Shown here piece by piece: positions 38,497 to 52,000 of a stretch of 64,000 nucleotides of DNA (its first letter is position 1; each line of letters starts with the position of its first letter). The notes beneath the pieces are model-generated. The model was not told the origin of the DNA. It saw only the letters and a list, made by a program, of their open reading frames with translations, and searched no databases. Where the stretch lies: contig NC_045697.1 in NCBI RefSeq assembly GCF_009834535.1, positions 60,886,001-60,950,000 on the forward strand. Reading direction: 5' to 3'. The DNA comes from Camelus ferus. Lineage: Eukaryota. Position numbers and translations under genes: made by a program.

Positions 38497-41400
38497 TGTT
38501 GATTCTTTTGGAGAAATCTAAATGTTTTATGAAACACAGCAGAACAAGTCTAAAAAGTGTTGAGATTACCAGCTAGAATTTTCATTGATGATCCTTAGTT
38601 ACTCTATTTTAATGTTAATAATGATATCTTATTAAATAGGGTGATCATGTGTACACAAATAAGTGCATGCCACAGATATCCTGGGCAAACACTAGTTTAG
38701 CAGTGCCAGAGGGGAAATGAGTACTAAAGAAATTAGCAGTCTAGCTAATACAAACACAGCAGGAAAGTTCCTTAAAGGCTTTCTCCTCTTGTGCTGACCC
38801 TTGCTACCTCGTTTGTGAAATTCAGTTTCATTATATCATCAAGTGGTATGGACACAGGCCAGTAAGTCACATGGGGTAAATATATACATTAAAGTCTTAA
38901 TGTCATTCCATTGTAATTAATTCTGTAAACGTCACTGAAGTCATTTTATGTCAATTCTACATTTCCTCATACAGCCAAATGTCTTAAACATAACCATATT
39001 TCCCTTTGTATTTCATTTTAGCATAAGTCCTCACATATTTATTTGCCAGTTTTTTGAATTCTAACATAATAGATTGGTTAATTCCTAGCTATATTAATTG
39101 TTAATGGGAGGTACTTTCCATTGTCAAATTCTGTCCACTTAAAGATTTTGTTCTTAATCATGTGATCATCACAGCCTGAAATTGCTCTTTCTGATAAGAA
39201 ATAAATGGATACATATGTACCAAATAAGGGTTTTTTAAATATTAATTTCAGAAGGAATATACTAATACATGGGTAAACCAAATTTGAGTTAGGTAAGTTT
39301 TTTTCTTTTACTTCTTTTAAATTTCCACAGTAAAACTTTCTGCACAGAAAACTCGTTAATGGTACACTCATCAATTGAAGAAAGAAAAAAAAAGAGAGAG
39401 AGAATGAGCAAACATTGTTGCATCAACTTAATTTAATGAAAAAAAATTATATAACGGTTTTAGGGACAGTGTTCTTAATTTGTAAAAACAAAGACAAGTG
39501 ATCCCCAAGGCTCTAGAGGAGAAAGAAAAAACCTAACATTGACCAAGTAAGGCTGCCTTCTATAAAGTATTTTTATTTCAGAATCGATTGCTCTAAACCA
39601 GTATTTCTAGAGTAAGACAAAAAGACAAATGACTGTAAATTAAGAATGCTCAGGTAAAACAAAAATCTATTGCTGAAAACATTGAAAAAAAATCTCTTCT
39701 GTCTTATTGCAAAATAGCAGTGCAGTGATGAGAGAACTGCTAAAATATACAAGACACATTTAGAATGTTCTATATTATTATTACATAAATTTTGAAACAT
39801 ACTTCCAGCCTCTATTTAGAAGATTTCAAGTTGAAAATAGAGAAGAAAATAAAAGTTTAGAAATGTTAAATTTTAAAATATGACTTTATTACTACTTTTC
39901 CTTAGTATATTAAAAAAATTTTTATTCAGAAAGCTTAGTAATGTGTCCTATGAAAAAGAAAGAAAATAATCTGATTGGTGAATTATTATATTGATTTTAA
40001 TATCTAATTACCTCAATGTAATTAGGTAAGAATTTAAAATCTAAAGTTTGCCTTTTCAGTATTTTGTATCCTAGAAATAAAATCTCTCAAAAAATTTGAG
40101 AATTATTTATTTATTTATTTATTTAATTTATTTATATTATAGAGCTTGTATGTAAATAGATTTCATAAAAAATTTTTTCTTCATCAAATATATTTGCAAA
40201 AGAATTACACTAATTAATATTAAAATCAGTTTCCTGAGTGTACAATTTGTAAAAGTCCTCTACATGCTTATATATTTGGAAAATTTCCATTAAAGCATAG
40301 TAATTGGCAAAATCTCCAAATTTATTTGACAGAAAACTTTTCTCCTTCTTCTCTAATTCCCACTGCCACCTATCTGCCCAAAGCCTTTCACATAGATAGT
40401 GTTGAATAAAATGTTATAGAAATAAAATTATATTAATAGGATGACATGACCAGGACAATACTTTTGGAACAGAGACATCACTCATATGGTAATGCAGAGA
40501 ATATATTAGAACTTTGAGACACCATCACCACCAAAAACAACAACAGACTTGACAATTTAATTTTTCACAAGTTTTACTTAGAAGAATAGCACATCACTTT
40601 GGAATGGTGGAATAGTCAATACCTAATATTCTGGTCTCTAATTTTGGATGTATCTGAAATGAAGACAGAAACTTTCTATGTCAATATTTCAGTGGGGAAA
40701 ATTTATTTTGTAGAGAAGTTTATGTCTTAGATTTACTCCCAAAGTATGTGTTTAGAGTTTATTGTTGCAACATCATCTACAGCTTGGAAATCCAGTAGAA
40801 TTTATTTATGCACAATAGCTTTGTAGTTTTATATATATTTAGAAATAAGTGAGGTTTTGAAATTAATGAAGTTTTGAAATCTAAGTATATGCTTTAAATT
40901 TGGGGTTTAAGACCATGGAAGAACAAATCATTCCAAATGGTCTTTTCTGTCAATGTAGTTGTTTTATTGAGTTTATGGTAAATTGGGTGCTATTTGTCTC
41001 ACAGAGTATTAATCAGATCTAACCTCTGATGACAGGTCTCAAAGTTGACCTCACTCTCCCAATAGCGATAAAAATAACAGATGGATTCTTTAATTTTAAA
41101 GAATGACATATATCATGTTACATATTACATATAAGTTAAAAATCTGCTCCCATTTAGCAAGATCATCTGTAATTAGTATCTTCTTTAAGGGGAATCTCTT
41201 TTTAATCCATCACATACTATTTGTTACTGCTTCTGAAAGATGCTTTGAACAGTTTTATCCAGGACATTATTTCATAGATTCTTAGCTTAGTAATTTTTCT
41301 TTCTGATTAGAAAAAAATCTTTAATTTGCTTTATGCCTCAGATTATGTTAAGTAGAAAATTATCTGCTATCTGTGTTGCTCACTGAATATTACATTTTTA

Positions 41401-43857
41401 AAAGTTGATAATGTGAAATTAGAAAGACTATTCTACACTCAACTTTATTTTGTTTTTTTAAATATCTTAAGTGATCAACATCAAGTCAATTCATAATTAT
41501 ATTATCTCTCTAGAGCATTTCATAGTTAGATTGAATAAAAGCACAAGTTTAATGGTTTAGATTCATAAAATTCAATAGCTTTTTTGTGGTTTATACTATG
41601 CTATACTTACTCTAACACATCATGTGTTATATTTCAAATCAATCTTGACATAAAAAATGAGAACAATAAACATGATTGTAATTAGGGAGAGTTTGTTAAA
41701 TGTGCTTTAATAGGTCCTATTGTGAGATGTGTCTCATATACAAGCAGAAATCAAGACTAGCATACTGAAGAAGAAAAGATAAACAAAACCCATGGTTAGT
41801 GAGTAGATATAGAGCTTGAAATTGTTTGGTCTAGGAAGACATCTAAAATACAATTTGGTACATACAGAAAATGTAATTAAACGATAATTGCACTGAAGCA
41901 CAATGAGTGTGAGATAAACAGCTTGTGAATCAATAAACCATGAAGCGGCAGGCTGAGGTATTTATTGATTTATGATTCATTTAGCTCCAAGTTCACTCCA
42001 CTTCTAATTCAGTTGGAACTACTGTATTATCCTTCATTTGGAGAGCTGGGTGAAGTGATTTTATCATTTCTTATGGGGAAAAGACTGTCTGAATTAATAT
42101 CATGTTTAGGTTTTATGTGAGTACATGCCTGTGAGTTTTTTCTATTTACTTATCAAATCTATGGACTATGATATATCATGACACTAAATTTGTCTATTAA
42201 TGTTAAAATTTACATTAATTCAGAAACTTTAGGACATCATATACTTCTAATGGATGAAAATCCTGTATTTTCATGACTTTAAGACATGAATATTATCTTA
42301 TAATGCACATCCTACCATGGGTTCTAAAAAAACCATTTTTTACTTTAACCTAGGAAATGTGCACATTTTAAATAAACAAGGCATTCTTATTGTGGCCATG
42401 GAATATCATGATAACTTCTACATTTGCTACATTGAACATCTTCAAAGATGAATCCTAAGTATTCATTCTACTTTTACTGACCATAAGGTAGGTCGAAAAG
42501 CAAAAATTCAGTGTCTTCCTCCAGCAACATAAGCAAGCAGCATCATTAACATCTGAATTAGGGCACTTTGGCAGCACCTCTTTCTGAGAGGATGTGCAGT
42601 TTGTAGAACACTCATCACTTGTTACTTTAAAAACATAACGCTAGTGTTTTGTTCCATCACAGAAGGATGACAGTTTACCAAGGATTACACTGGAAAAATG
42701 AAAACCTTGCTGTGGTGATTAAGAACTATATAATTTATGGCTGATTCTGTACCAGTTAAACACTTCTAAAATATACTAAGAAAAATGAAACACAAAGTCT
42801 TGCTATTCAGAAAGGTAATATTTACAGGTTATTTGCCTTTTGACTCAAATGGTAATTGCCAACCTTCCCCATGTTATGACTTATACAACTTTAATAAAAT
42901 GTTGTTCTTGAAAAAATGATGGTTAAGATTAAAAGAAGCATGTGTTATTTCCCTTAATCAGATGTACCTTCATTAGTATGAGTTTCTCCCCAGTAAGTGA
43001 AACACATTCATTAAAAAGATGTTCTACAGTGGATATAGGTCCTTGATTAAATCCTTAGCAATATACCACAAGACACCTGTCCTTGCCTAAAACATTTCCT
43101 TGCTACCTTGCCAACTGAGGAATAAAAGGCTATTTATATTTAATGCTGTGAAATCCACAACAGAAACATATTCTGAATCCTCCTTCTCTCACTGGGAAGA
43201 TTTCCAAGAGAATAATTTTTGATTCCATATTAATATAGTTTACTATCCAATGGTTTCTCAGAGCTGAAAAGTTGACTTATAGAAGTGGAATAAATTGTGT
43301 TAATGCCTTGCTTTCTTGTAAGCATGTCCTTGTATAACACTTATGAGTAAAAATTTGGTCTTTGTTGTTTGGTAGTTTAAAACTTGGTTTCATACCTTGA
43401 GCATGTTTTACACAACATAAAACAAAATACATTGTATTTTGGCAGAAAATAAACACTTGATTAATGAGCATGTGTGGTATAGTTTTTTTGAACAAATTAT
43501 TTTCCCACAACGAAATGTTACTAGAAAGGTTTGTGTATGAAATCAAACTGGCTAAGGTTAAAGTTGGTAAGAAAAACTAAGGTTAGCCTACACCTAAAAA
43601 TATAGACATGTTTGATTAAAACATGAAGTCAATGTCTTGCATCAAGTTACAAGTTGAAATAATTTCCAAGAGTCTTTTACTTGAGTGGTCATCTCTGTCT
43701 CTGAGCCACTACATGAGCCACTACTCCTAATGAGTTTGTTCATTTCCTGGATCCTCTCCTCTGTCTGGGCAATATGTTCCTTTCTACACTGCACACATGT
43801 AAATACAAGACTCAAGCCCTCTCAACTCTATTCCATCCTGATACTAGCACATACACA

Positions 43858-43860
<3 letters not shown>

Positions 43861-43894
<34 letters not shown>
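43861..43894. repeat. (AC)17 microsatellite
   Basis: Directly visible. Confidence 0.97.
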
Positions 43895-43898
<4 letters not shown>

Positions 43899-44169
43899 TT
43901 TATTTGTAGCAAAATTTATTGAAGTGTATTTATATTGCAGTAAGTCAAGTAACATGAAAAGGAATGTTAACTATCCCTGTTCCTAAAACAGTGCAAAACA
44001 AAAATTAAACAATATGTAAGCTATTCATCCATCTATTCTGAGGATTTCTGTCCTTATCCTTTTCAACTTTACATTAAAAAGAGAGAAAAAAATGAAACAA
44101 ATTACCAGTCAAAAAAGCCAACTGATTTTATTATGAAGAGCAGTTATTTTTGATTATGTAATATCATCT

Positions 44170-45060
44170 TATATGTAAATATATGGAGATATTATAACTA
44201 GAACATCTACACTTAGCAAGCACAAATTTCTTCCTCTATTTGATTTAGCTACTACTTTTAGAAGCATGGCTTAAATATAGCTGCAATCACCCAGCCTATA
44301 TGACATTACATTCTTTTACCCCCTGGAAGTTGGTGTGTATCCCTCTTGTTCATGTATATTTCCTCTAAATAAGAGATTATATTATTATTATACTATTATA
44401 CTTTATTATAATATTAAACTTATGTGTATATTATGCTTATAAGTATTCTACTTATATGTACTTTATCAATATTATATATATTTTATAAATATATATAAAC
44501 CATATCATAGTGTGATTTTTTTTTCAGTGTGCTTTAACACTTTATACCTGTTTCAAGGTCCATTCATTGATACCAAAGAGCTGATATACTCTATTTAATT
44601 GTGAATAATATTTCAATTTATAAAGCACCACAGTTTATTTATTTTCCCTACTGATGAATATTTAGGCTGATTCTAATATTTGACTGTTAACAGAAATGTT
44701 GCAGTGACAACCCTTGTTGATTTATCTTTACGTAGTTTACATTGTGAGACTTCCTATAGGGTATAGAAAGCCATAGAGTATATGAATCTTCAATTCTATT
44801 GGATATTACCCAATTTCTCTCTAAAGCTAGTATGACAAATCACACTCCCAGCAGTGTAAGTGCTTCTGCTTCTTTGTATCCCAATAATAATCTCACAATT
44901 TGAAATTCTTGTCTATGTGATAAATGTTGAAAAGTTCTTTGTTTTAATTATCATATCATTGCCTAAAAAGGTAAAGACAATTTTAGTATATTTTCTGACC
45001 ATTCTGTTTTCCTATCCTCTAAATTTTCTGTTCATATCAGTTGCAAATGTTATATTAAGT
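44170..45060 (-). mobile_element. L1ME-type fragment
   Basis: caccacagtttatttattttccctactgatgaatatttaggctgattct ... cactcccagcagtgtaagtg. Confidence 0.7.
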
Positions 45061-46449
45061 CATCTTTGTAACTGTCTACACAAATTGTGAAATACAAGGG
45101 AAATAGATTGTGTTAATATTAGCAAATATTATCTGGATAGAAGAGTTTACTTACAGTATTCTTCAGTAATTTTTGGTAGAAATTCACAGACTTCTCCAAT
45201 AATACTAGATTAGGAATCTATTACTTGCCTTCTCTCTCTCTCCGCTCCCTCTCTCTTTCTCCCTTTTTACCTGTCAGATTGTTTCATCTCTCCTCTAATG
45301 CCTTTTATGTAGATTCTTAAACTCACTTGTGAACAAAGTTAAGCAAGGACATGGATATATATTACAAAATGAAATCCTTGATGGCAATAATAATAATACA
45401 CTCAGAATGCTGAAAGTTCATTGAATTTCACATTAATCATCCTTATGGAAGAAAGTGGGACTAGGAAAAAAAGTTATGTCCTAATATGGGATATTTCTAG
45501 GAACTTTCAATAGCTACCTTTGAAAATGTAGGTCTGAACTCTATTTTGAAATTTTTCTCTCTCCCTACTCCATTTCAAACATACATACCTTTTGGTTTAT
45601 GTGCTAGGTAATTGTCCAATAAAATATATATTTCAAGGTACAAGAACTGCCTCTATATACGATTATCAATGTACAAATAACACAGGCTCTAGTAAAAGAA
45701 GCAGCGCCTAAGAGCGTTCTCTCTTGCCTGTCTTATCAATGTAAGGGAGAGTTTATTTAAATGCTGTGAATAATAGAGATGCAGAAGGGAAAAAAGGGAA
45801 CCAAAGCGGGAGCCCTTGCTTAGGAGTAGCTGAGGGCCATTTCTTATCTCTTCAGGCTTCTGAGAGGAAGCAATTACTTCAGTTAGATACAGACAATTAA
45901 TCTTGCAATATAGCGCAATTTGAGTCCTAGATCAATTTATTATACCCATCCTTCTTAAAAGAATATCTTATTGTTTTCTGACTTATTCTTTAGAGGTATG
46001 ATATGGAGAGTAACACTTAAAAGAAGCTTTTATACCTTTCAAAGTTAAAGTTAATTTATGTGCCATATAGTATTTTAAAAAGAAAAAGTTCTGACCCCAT
46101 TAAATACCCCTGACTTTCTGGAGGAATTATTTCAACACCAAATTTGGCTATGCTATTCCAAATAGCACATCACTGTTCTCATACAACAACCTAGAGGTTT
46201 CTTGCAGTTTTCTTTAAAAAATCAATTTCAAAATTAATCAATATGTGTCAGTGATATAATATGACACTTCAAGAGTTTAGATATATTTTATTTTAAAGAT
46301 TAATCAATTACATTTATAAAATTTACTTAATATCTATTCTATTCCAAGAAAATTAAGTCCTAGGGACAGAAGAGTCAAAAACTTAAGTGTGATCTTTGCC
46401 CTCAAACTATGATAGTCTATTTAATGGAGTTGTACAAAAGATATGCACG

Positions 46450-47146
46450 TTGGTGAGAATGTAAACTGGTGCAGCCGCTATGGAAAACAGTTTGGAAATT
46501 CTTTTAAAAATTAAAAATAGAACTACCATATAATCCAGTGATTTTACTATGGGGTATATATCCAGAAAAAATGAAAATATTAATTTGAAAAGATACATGC
46601 ACCCCAGTGTTCATAGCAGCACTATTTACAATAGCCAAGGCATGGAAGCAGTCAAGTGCCCATCAACAGACAACTGGATTAAGTAAATGTGATATACATA
46701 CATATATGAATATTATTCAGTGATAAAAAAGAATGAAATACTGTTATTTACAGCAATGTACAAGGACCTAGAGAATATTATGCTAGTGAAATAAGTCTGA
46801 CAGAGAAAGACAAATACTATATAATATCACTTATATGTGGAAACTAAAAAATAATATAAATGAATACATGTGCAAAATGGAAACAGACTTGGAGATATAG
46901 AAAATAATCTTGTGGTTAATAAACCGGAAATGAAATGGGGAGGGACAAATTAGGGGTATAGGATTAACAGAGACAATCTACTGTATATAAAATAGATAAG
47001 CAACAATGATATATTCTATAACACAGGAAATGATATCCATTATCTGTAATAACTTAAAATGGAGTATAATTTGCAAAAATACCGAATCACTGTGCTGTAC
47101 AACTGAAACTAATACAATATTGTAAATCAACTATACTTCAATCAAA
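46450..47146 (+). mobile_element. 5'-truncated artiodactyl-type L1 with target-site duplication
   Basis: ORF2 end (aaaatagaactaccatataatccag) plus 3' UTR ...gaatcactgtgctgtacaactgaaactaatacaatattgtaaatcaactatacttcaat; TSD aaaagatatgcacg (46436-46449) and aaaagacatgcatg (47147-47160). Confidence 0.93.
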
Positions 47147-48181
47147 AAAAGACATGCATGAAAAACAAATGAATAGGATTCCATAGAAAGCTGAGTGACA
47201 CAAATAAATGGAAATATATACTATACTTATGGATTGAAAGAATTAGTATTGTTAAAATGACCATACTACATAAAGTAATCTACAGATTCGATGCAACTCC
47301 TATTAAAATACTGATAGCATTTTTTACAGAACTAAGACAAATAGTGCTAAATTTTGTTTGCAACCATAAAAGTCCCTGCGTAGCAAAAGCAATTTTGAGA
47401 AAAAACAAAGCTGGAGGTATTAAGCGCCCTGATTACAAACTATACTATAAAACTTTAGTAATCAAAGCAATATGGTACTGACAAAACCAGACACATAGAT
47501 CAATGGAACAGAATAGAGAGCCCAGAAATAAACCCATATTTATATAACCAATTAATCTACTACAAAGGAGGTAAGAAAATTCAATGGGGAAAAGAGAGTC
47601 TCTTCAATGAACAATGTTGGGAAAACTGTACAGCTACATGGAAAAGAATGAAACTAGACCATTTTCTTACACCATACACAAAAATAAACTAAAAATGGAT
47701 TAAAGATCTAAATAAAAGACCTAAAACCATTATACTCAAGGAAAACACACAGGCAATATTCTCTTTGACACTGGTTTAACCAATTTTTTTTTTTAATCTG
47801 TCTTCTCAGGCAAGGGCAACAAAAGCAAAAATAAACAAATGGGACTACATCAAACTAAAATGCTTTACCACAGTGAAGAAAACTAGCAACAAAGTTAAAA
47901 GGCACCCTACTGAATAAGAAAAGATATTTGGAAATAATGTGTTCAATAAGGGGTTAATAACCAAAGTTACAAAGAACTCATAAAACTCAAAAACAAATAA
48001 TCTGATTAAAAATGGGTGGAGGACCTGAATAGATACTTTTCCAGAGAAGACATACAAGTGGCCAACAGGCACATGAAAAGATGCTTAATGTCACTATCAT
48101 CAAGGAAATGCAAATCAAAACTACAATGAGCTATCACCTCATTCCAATCAGAACGGCAAAAAAAGGGAAGAATGTGGAATT

Positions 48182-48336
48182 GGGGTGGCTATAGCTCAGT
48201 GATAGAGTGCATGCTTAGCATGTGCTAGGTCCTGGGTTCAATTCCCAGTACTTCCACTGAAATAAACAAAAAGAAAATGTAAGAAAAGGAAAAAAAATTG
48301 CAAAATAAAATTTAAAAAATATTCAGTAGAAAAAAA
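48182..48336 (+). mobile_element. tRNA-Ala-derived SINE (Vic-1-like) with long A-rich tail
   Basis: tatagctcagtgatagagtgcatgcttagcatgtgctaggtcctgggttcaattcccagtacttcca. Confidence 0.88.
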
Positions 48337-48431
48337 GGGGGAGGGAAGGTAACAGCTCAGTGGTAGAACACAAGCTTAGCATTCATGAAGCCCTGGGTTC
48401 AATTCCCAGTACCTTCATTAAAAAAAAAAAA
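48337..48431 (+). mobile_element. tRNA-Ala-derived SINE (Vic-1-like), second tandem copy
   Basis: cagctcagtggtagaacacaagcttagcattcatgaagccctgggttcaattcccagtaccttca plus poly(A). Confidence 0.85.
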
Positions 48432-50916
48432 TTTGGAGGAAAAAAAAAAAAACCCTAGTGCACTTCTGGTGGGAATATAAACTGATACAGCCATTGTGGA
48501 AAAAAAATATGTAGGTTCCTCAAAAAAATTAAAAAAAAAAAAAAAACTGCCGTACAATCCAGCAATTCCACTTCTAAGTATTTTTTTTGAAGAAAACAAA
48601 AATTCTAAGTTGGAAAGATATATGTACCCCATATTCATTCCAGTATTATTTACAATAGCCAAGATATGGAAGCAATCTAAATGTCCATTCAGAGACAGAA
48701 TGGGTAAAAAAGATGTGTGTTTTATATACACATATGTGTGTGTGTATGTGTATGTGTACATTTTATATATATATAAAAATCACTCAGCCATATAAAAGAA
48801 TGAGGTATTGGCATTTGTGACAACATGGATAGATCAAGAGGGTACTATGCTAAATGAAATAAGTTAGATAGAGAAATACAAATACCATATGATCTTACTT
48901 ATATGTGGAATCTAAAAAATAAAACAAATGAGCAAACATAATAAAACAGAAATGGACTTATAGATACAGAGAACAAACTAATGATTGTCAGAGAAATGGG
49001 AGAGGGGGATGGGCAAAACAAGTAAAGGGAATTAAGAGGTACATCTCCAGTTATAAAATAAGTAAATCACAGCATAGGGAATATAGTCAATAATACTGTA
49101 ATAATTCTGTATGGTGGTATTTGAAACTAGACATGTGGTGATCATTTTGTAATTTATTAAAACATCTAATCACTATGTAGTGCACATGATACTAATATAA
49201 TATTGTAAATCAGTTATACTTCAATTTAAAAAATCTGAGCTTTCCTAGGAACAGAAACTCATATTAAAATAAATTTCAAGTATTAAGTAAAAATTAGAAT
49301 ACATCAAGCATACATGAGAAGTTTGCAATATCCAATGCAAGAATTCAATCTCATATCCATGAGGATCTACACATATACATATTCAACACTTTAAACTTTT
49401 TTAGAAAATTGCATATGTTTGAAATATTTAATTTATGGTTGTAGAATTGTTTAGTATCTTTTTAAACCTCACACTGTATGTTAAGACTTATGAGAATTAC
49501 TGTAGTAAGTATATTAGACTTAACAAAAATTTTTCCTTTCAAGGTGCTTAGTCATATTGGGAGTCTCTTAGTGAAAACACTCAAAAATTTTAGATGAGTT
49601 TTGTGACGAAGTAATTATTTTAAAGAAATGAACTCATTATATGTCAGATAGTTTCTATTCCTAATGAAATAGTTGATCATTGAATTTAACACCTGTTCTC
49701 CCCTACCTCACCTTAAAGTAGCCAGTATTAAACATCTTATTTCTTTCTGTAGTCAGGGATGGGTGGTATGGGTAAATATAACAATAGTGTCAATGATTAA
49801 ACAACACTGAATACTCAATAATATTGTGTTATTATTATTCTATTGTTATGTGCCAGTTTTGCTAGAAAATGAGTTGACAATTGGGAAAGTCACTATTTTG
49901 CAAATATTTCCTGAAATATTAGTTCACTGTATTTCAGCATGTAGATAGCACAAATTAAACTTATATTCATAATTTTGAAACTAGAAAGGCAACATTTCAT
50001 ATTTAAGCATGGCTTTTCTTTACTTTGGTTTTCATTTCTTAATGTATAAATGCTTTATCTTTAAAAATAACATGTTGATTTATCTTTTGCATCAATATTT
50101 TGGAATTATATTATTTGTTTTTTAAAAAAGTTTGTTAGCACTACAAATTTTATATTTTGTAGTAAGCTTTATTGCATATTGTCTTTTATAGTCAGTGTTT
50201 TCTTGACTCAGCAACAAAGTAAGAATTTTTTTTCAAGTGAATGCAAAATGAATAAAAGGGAACTATAAGTTTATATAGAAATTACTTCTGCAAATGTCAT
50301 ATTGCTAGGGACTGTTCATGTTCAAAATATATATCTAAGGTCTATCACAGTGCATAACTCATTGCAGCTGAGCAACAGATGCAAGTTGAATATTCCAGTG
50401 TGTGCTCTGCTTGAATTTCAATGGTCAGGAAAGTTGCTGCCATCAAATCGAACGCAATATAAATGATACATTTTTTCCCCCTAGTCCAAAGAATACTTTT
50501 TAAATGTGTAATAGTCTCTTTTACTTCTGCAATGATATGTTGAATATCTTCAGAATTCTAAACACTGAAGTCAATTGACAAATTTTACTTCACTTGATTT
50601 CTTCTCCATAAGCCAGTCAAATAATATTAGTCTGTATTTGTAGAATGGAGTAATGATGATAGTATCAATACAAAGAGAGAATTTTCATCTTTAGAAGAAT
50701 TTATATCTTGATTTGCAATTAAAAACATTCAGCCACTTTTATGTAATACACTCATACAATAGAAAATACCAGAAATATTTAAAAGTTCAACTAATAGTTA
50801 TTTAAATATAAATTGAGACAAAATTTTTAAAATATGACTAATTTAAAATCTATTACATGTTCTAACATATATATATTTTTATTAATAACATTTTTTAGAT
50901 TGTATTGTCTAGTTTT

Positions 50917-51372
50917 TGTCACCTACAAAGCCCATTAATAATTCTCTGGGAAATAAAACTAGAACTTGGTAGTAAAGTCTAAACTGTTTTTCTTTTTCCT
51001 TGTGCTTAGCCTAGTTTCACTTGCTCACAGGGTGCCAAGTGCAAAGGCCTTGCACCAGACACCTCAGTTTTGCCCACCTTGTGCAGAAGCTGTGTATGGG
51101 ACACCTCAGTTCCAGATGGTGGCCAGCAGGCCATAAACAGCACAGGTGCACCTGACCCACAGGGACTCCGTTGCATCCCCTCCCCGGTGATGAGAAACCT
51201 ACAGAGCAGCCCCACCTTTCAGTGAGAGCGTGGACTCTAGAGTGTGAGCTCACACCTCTCTGTTCTCTGATCAAAAATACAACATATCAAATTTAGTCTC
51301 CGTCTGTTGGCTCAGACAACATCAGGCAGAAGGATCTCCTTGTTGGAGATTAATGTAGGAGGGTTGGTAACA
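50917..51372 (+). repeat. 5' LTR of provirus
   Basis: tgtcacctacaaagc ... ggttggtaaca (TG...CA); shares blocks with 53827-54362 (tgtgctt.g.ctagtttcacttgctca; gcgtggactcta; gagctcac.cctctc). Confidence 0.88.
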
Positions 51373-51378
51373 AAATTT

Positions 51379-51396
51379 TAGCAGCCCAGGTGAGAC
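51379..51396 (+). promoter_or_regulatory. Degenerate primer-binding site, tRNA-Arg(CCG)-like
   Basis: tagcagcccaggtgagac versus TGGCGACCCAGATGGGAC (complement of the recalled tRNA-Arg(CCG) 3' end): 13/18, all mismatches A/G transitions; just after the 5' LTR. Confidence 0.55.
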
Positions 51397-52000
51397 GGAC
51401 GGTAGCATTTTTGCCTACAGCTATCTACCAGGCTCAGGGGTCGCCCTCGCTCCCGTGGGAGGGTGGTGGAGGCTTTGGGAGGTTTGCAAGAGGAATACTG
51501 ACTCTGGCCTTTAAGGTCCCTCTAATGGAGTAGAATGGCAGCCGCCTTTGGCTGCATTCAGAGCCACTCTGCCCAGCAACCCAATATCCAGAGGTAGTGC
51601 ACATATGGCATAGTTCCCAGAATCATCTGGGCTGTGCCCCCTTGAGGGGATCACACTGCGGCATCATTGGGGATCAGAGACTCAAATGCACACGTGTCTG
51701 CCTGCTGCCTCTGGCTGGCCTTCCTGTGGTACCGAATGCCCAGGGACAACCGGGAGCTCTAGGCAAGGAGTCCGGCAGCCTCGCCCCGTCTCCCCACAGT
51801 GCTCTGCAAGGCAGTAGCAGCCATACCAGGACTTTGGGCCCTCCTCACAGACCACTAGGGTCAGCAGTAGCCTTCTCCATAGTCATTTTCTGTTTGGTAA
51901 AGGAAAATGGCCAACCCCGTGAGCCAAGAGGCTAGACCAAATAAAGGCCCAAATTATAAGAAACACCTGACAGAAAAGAACGAGGGTGCAGAATAAACAG

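Larger units (their letters stand above)
47196..49230 (+). mobile_element. 5'-truncated L1 (ORF2 3' part plus 3' UTR) carrying two SINEs
   Basis: ORF 47257-47481 [18 protein letters not shown]...[24 protein letters not shown] is L1 ORF2p; probable TSD aaagctgag (47187-47195) and aaatctgag (49231-49239). Confidence 0.95.

Noticed and set aside
47257..47481. L1 ORF2-like ORFs as host CDS (also 7427-7657, 8011-8205, 48496-48795, 60273-60578)
   Set aside because: Short pieces of decayed L1 ORF2 bounded by stops and frameshifts
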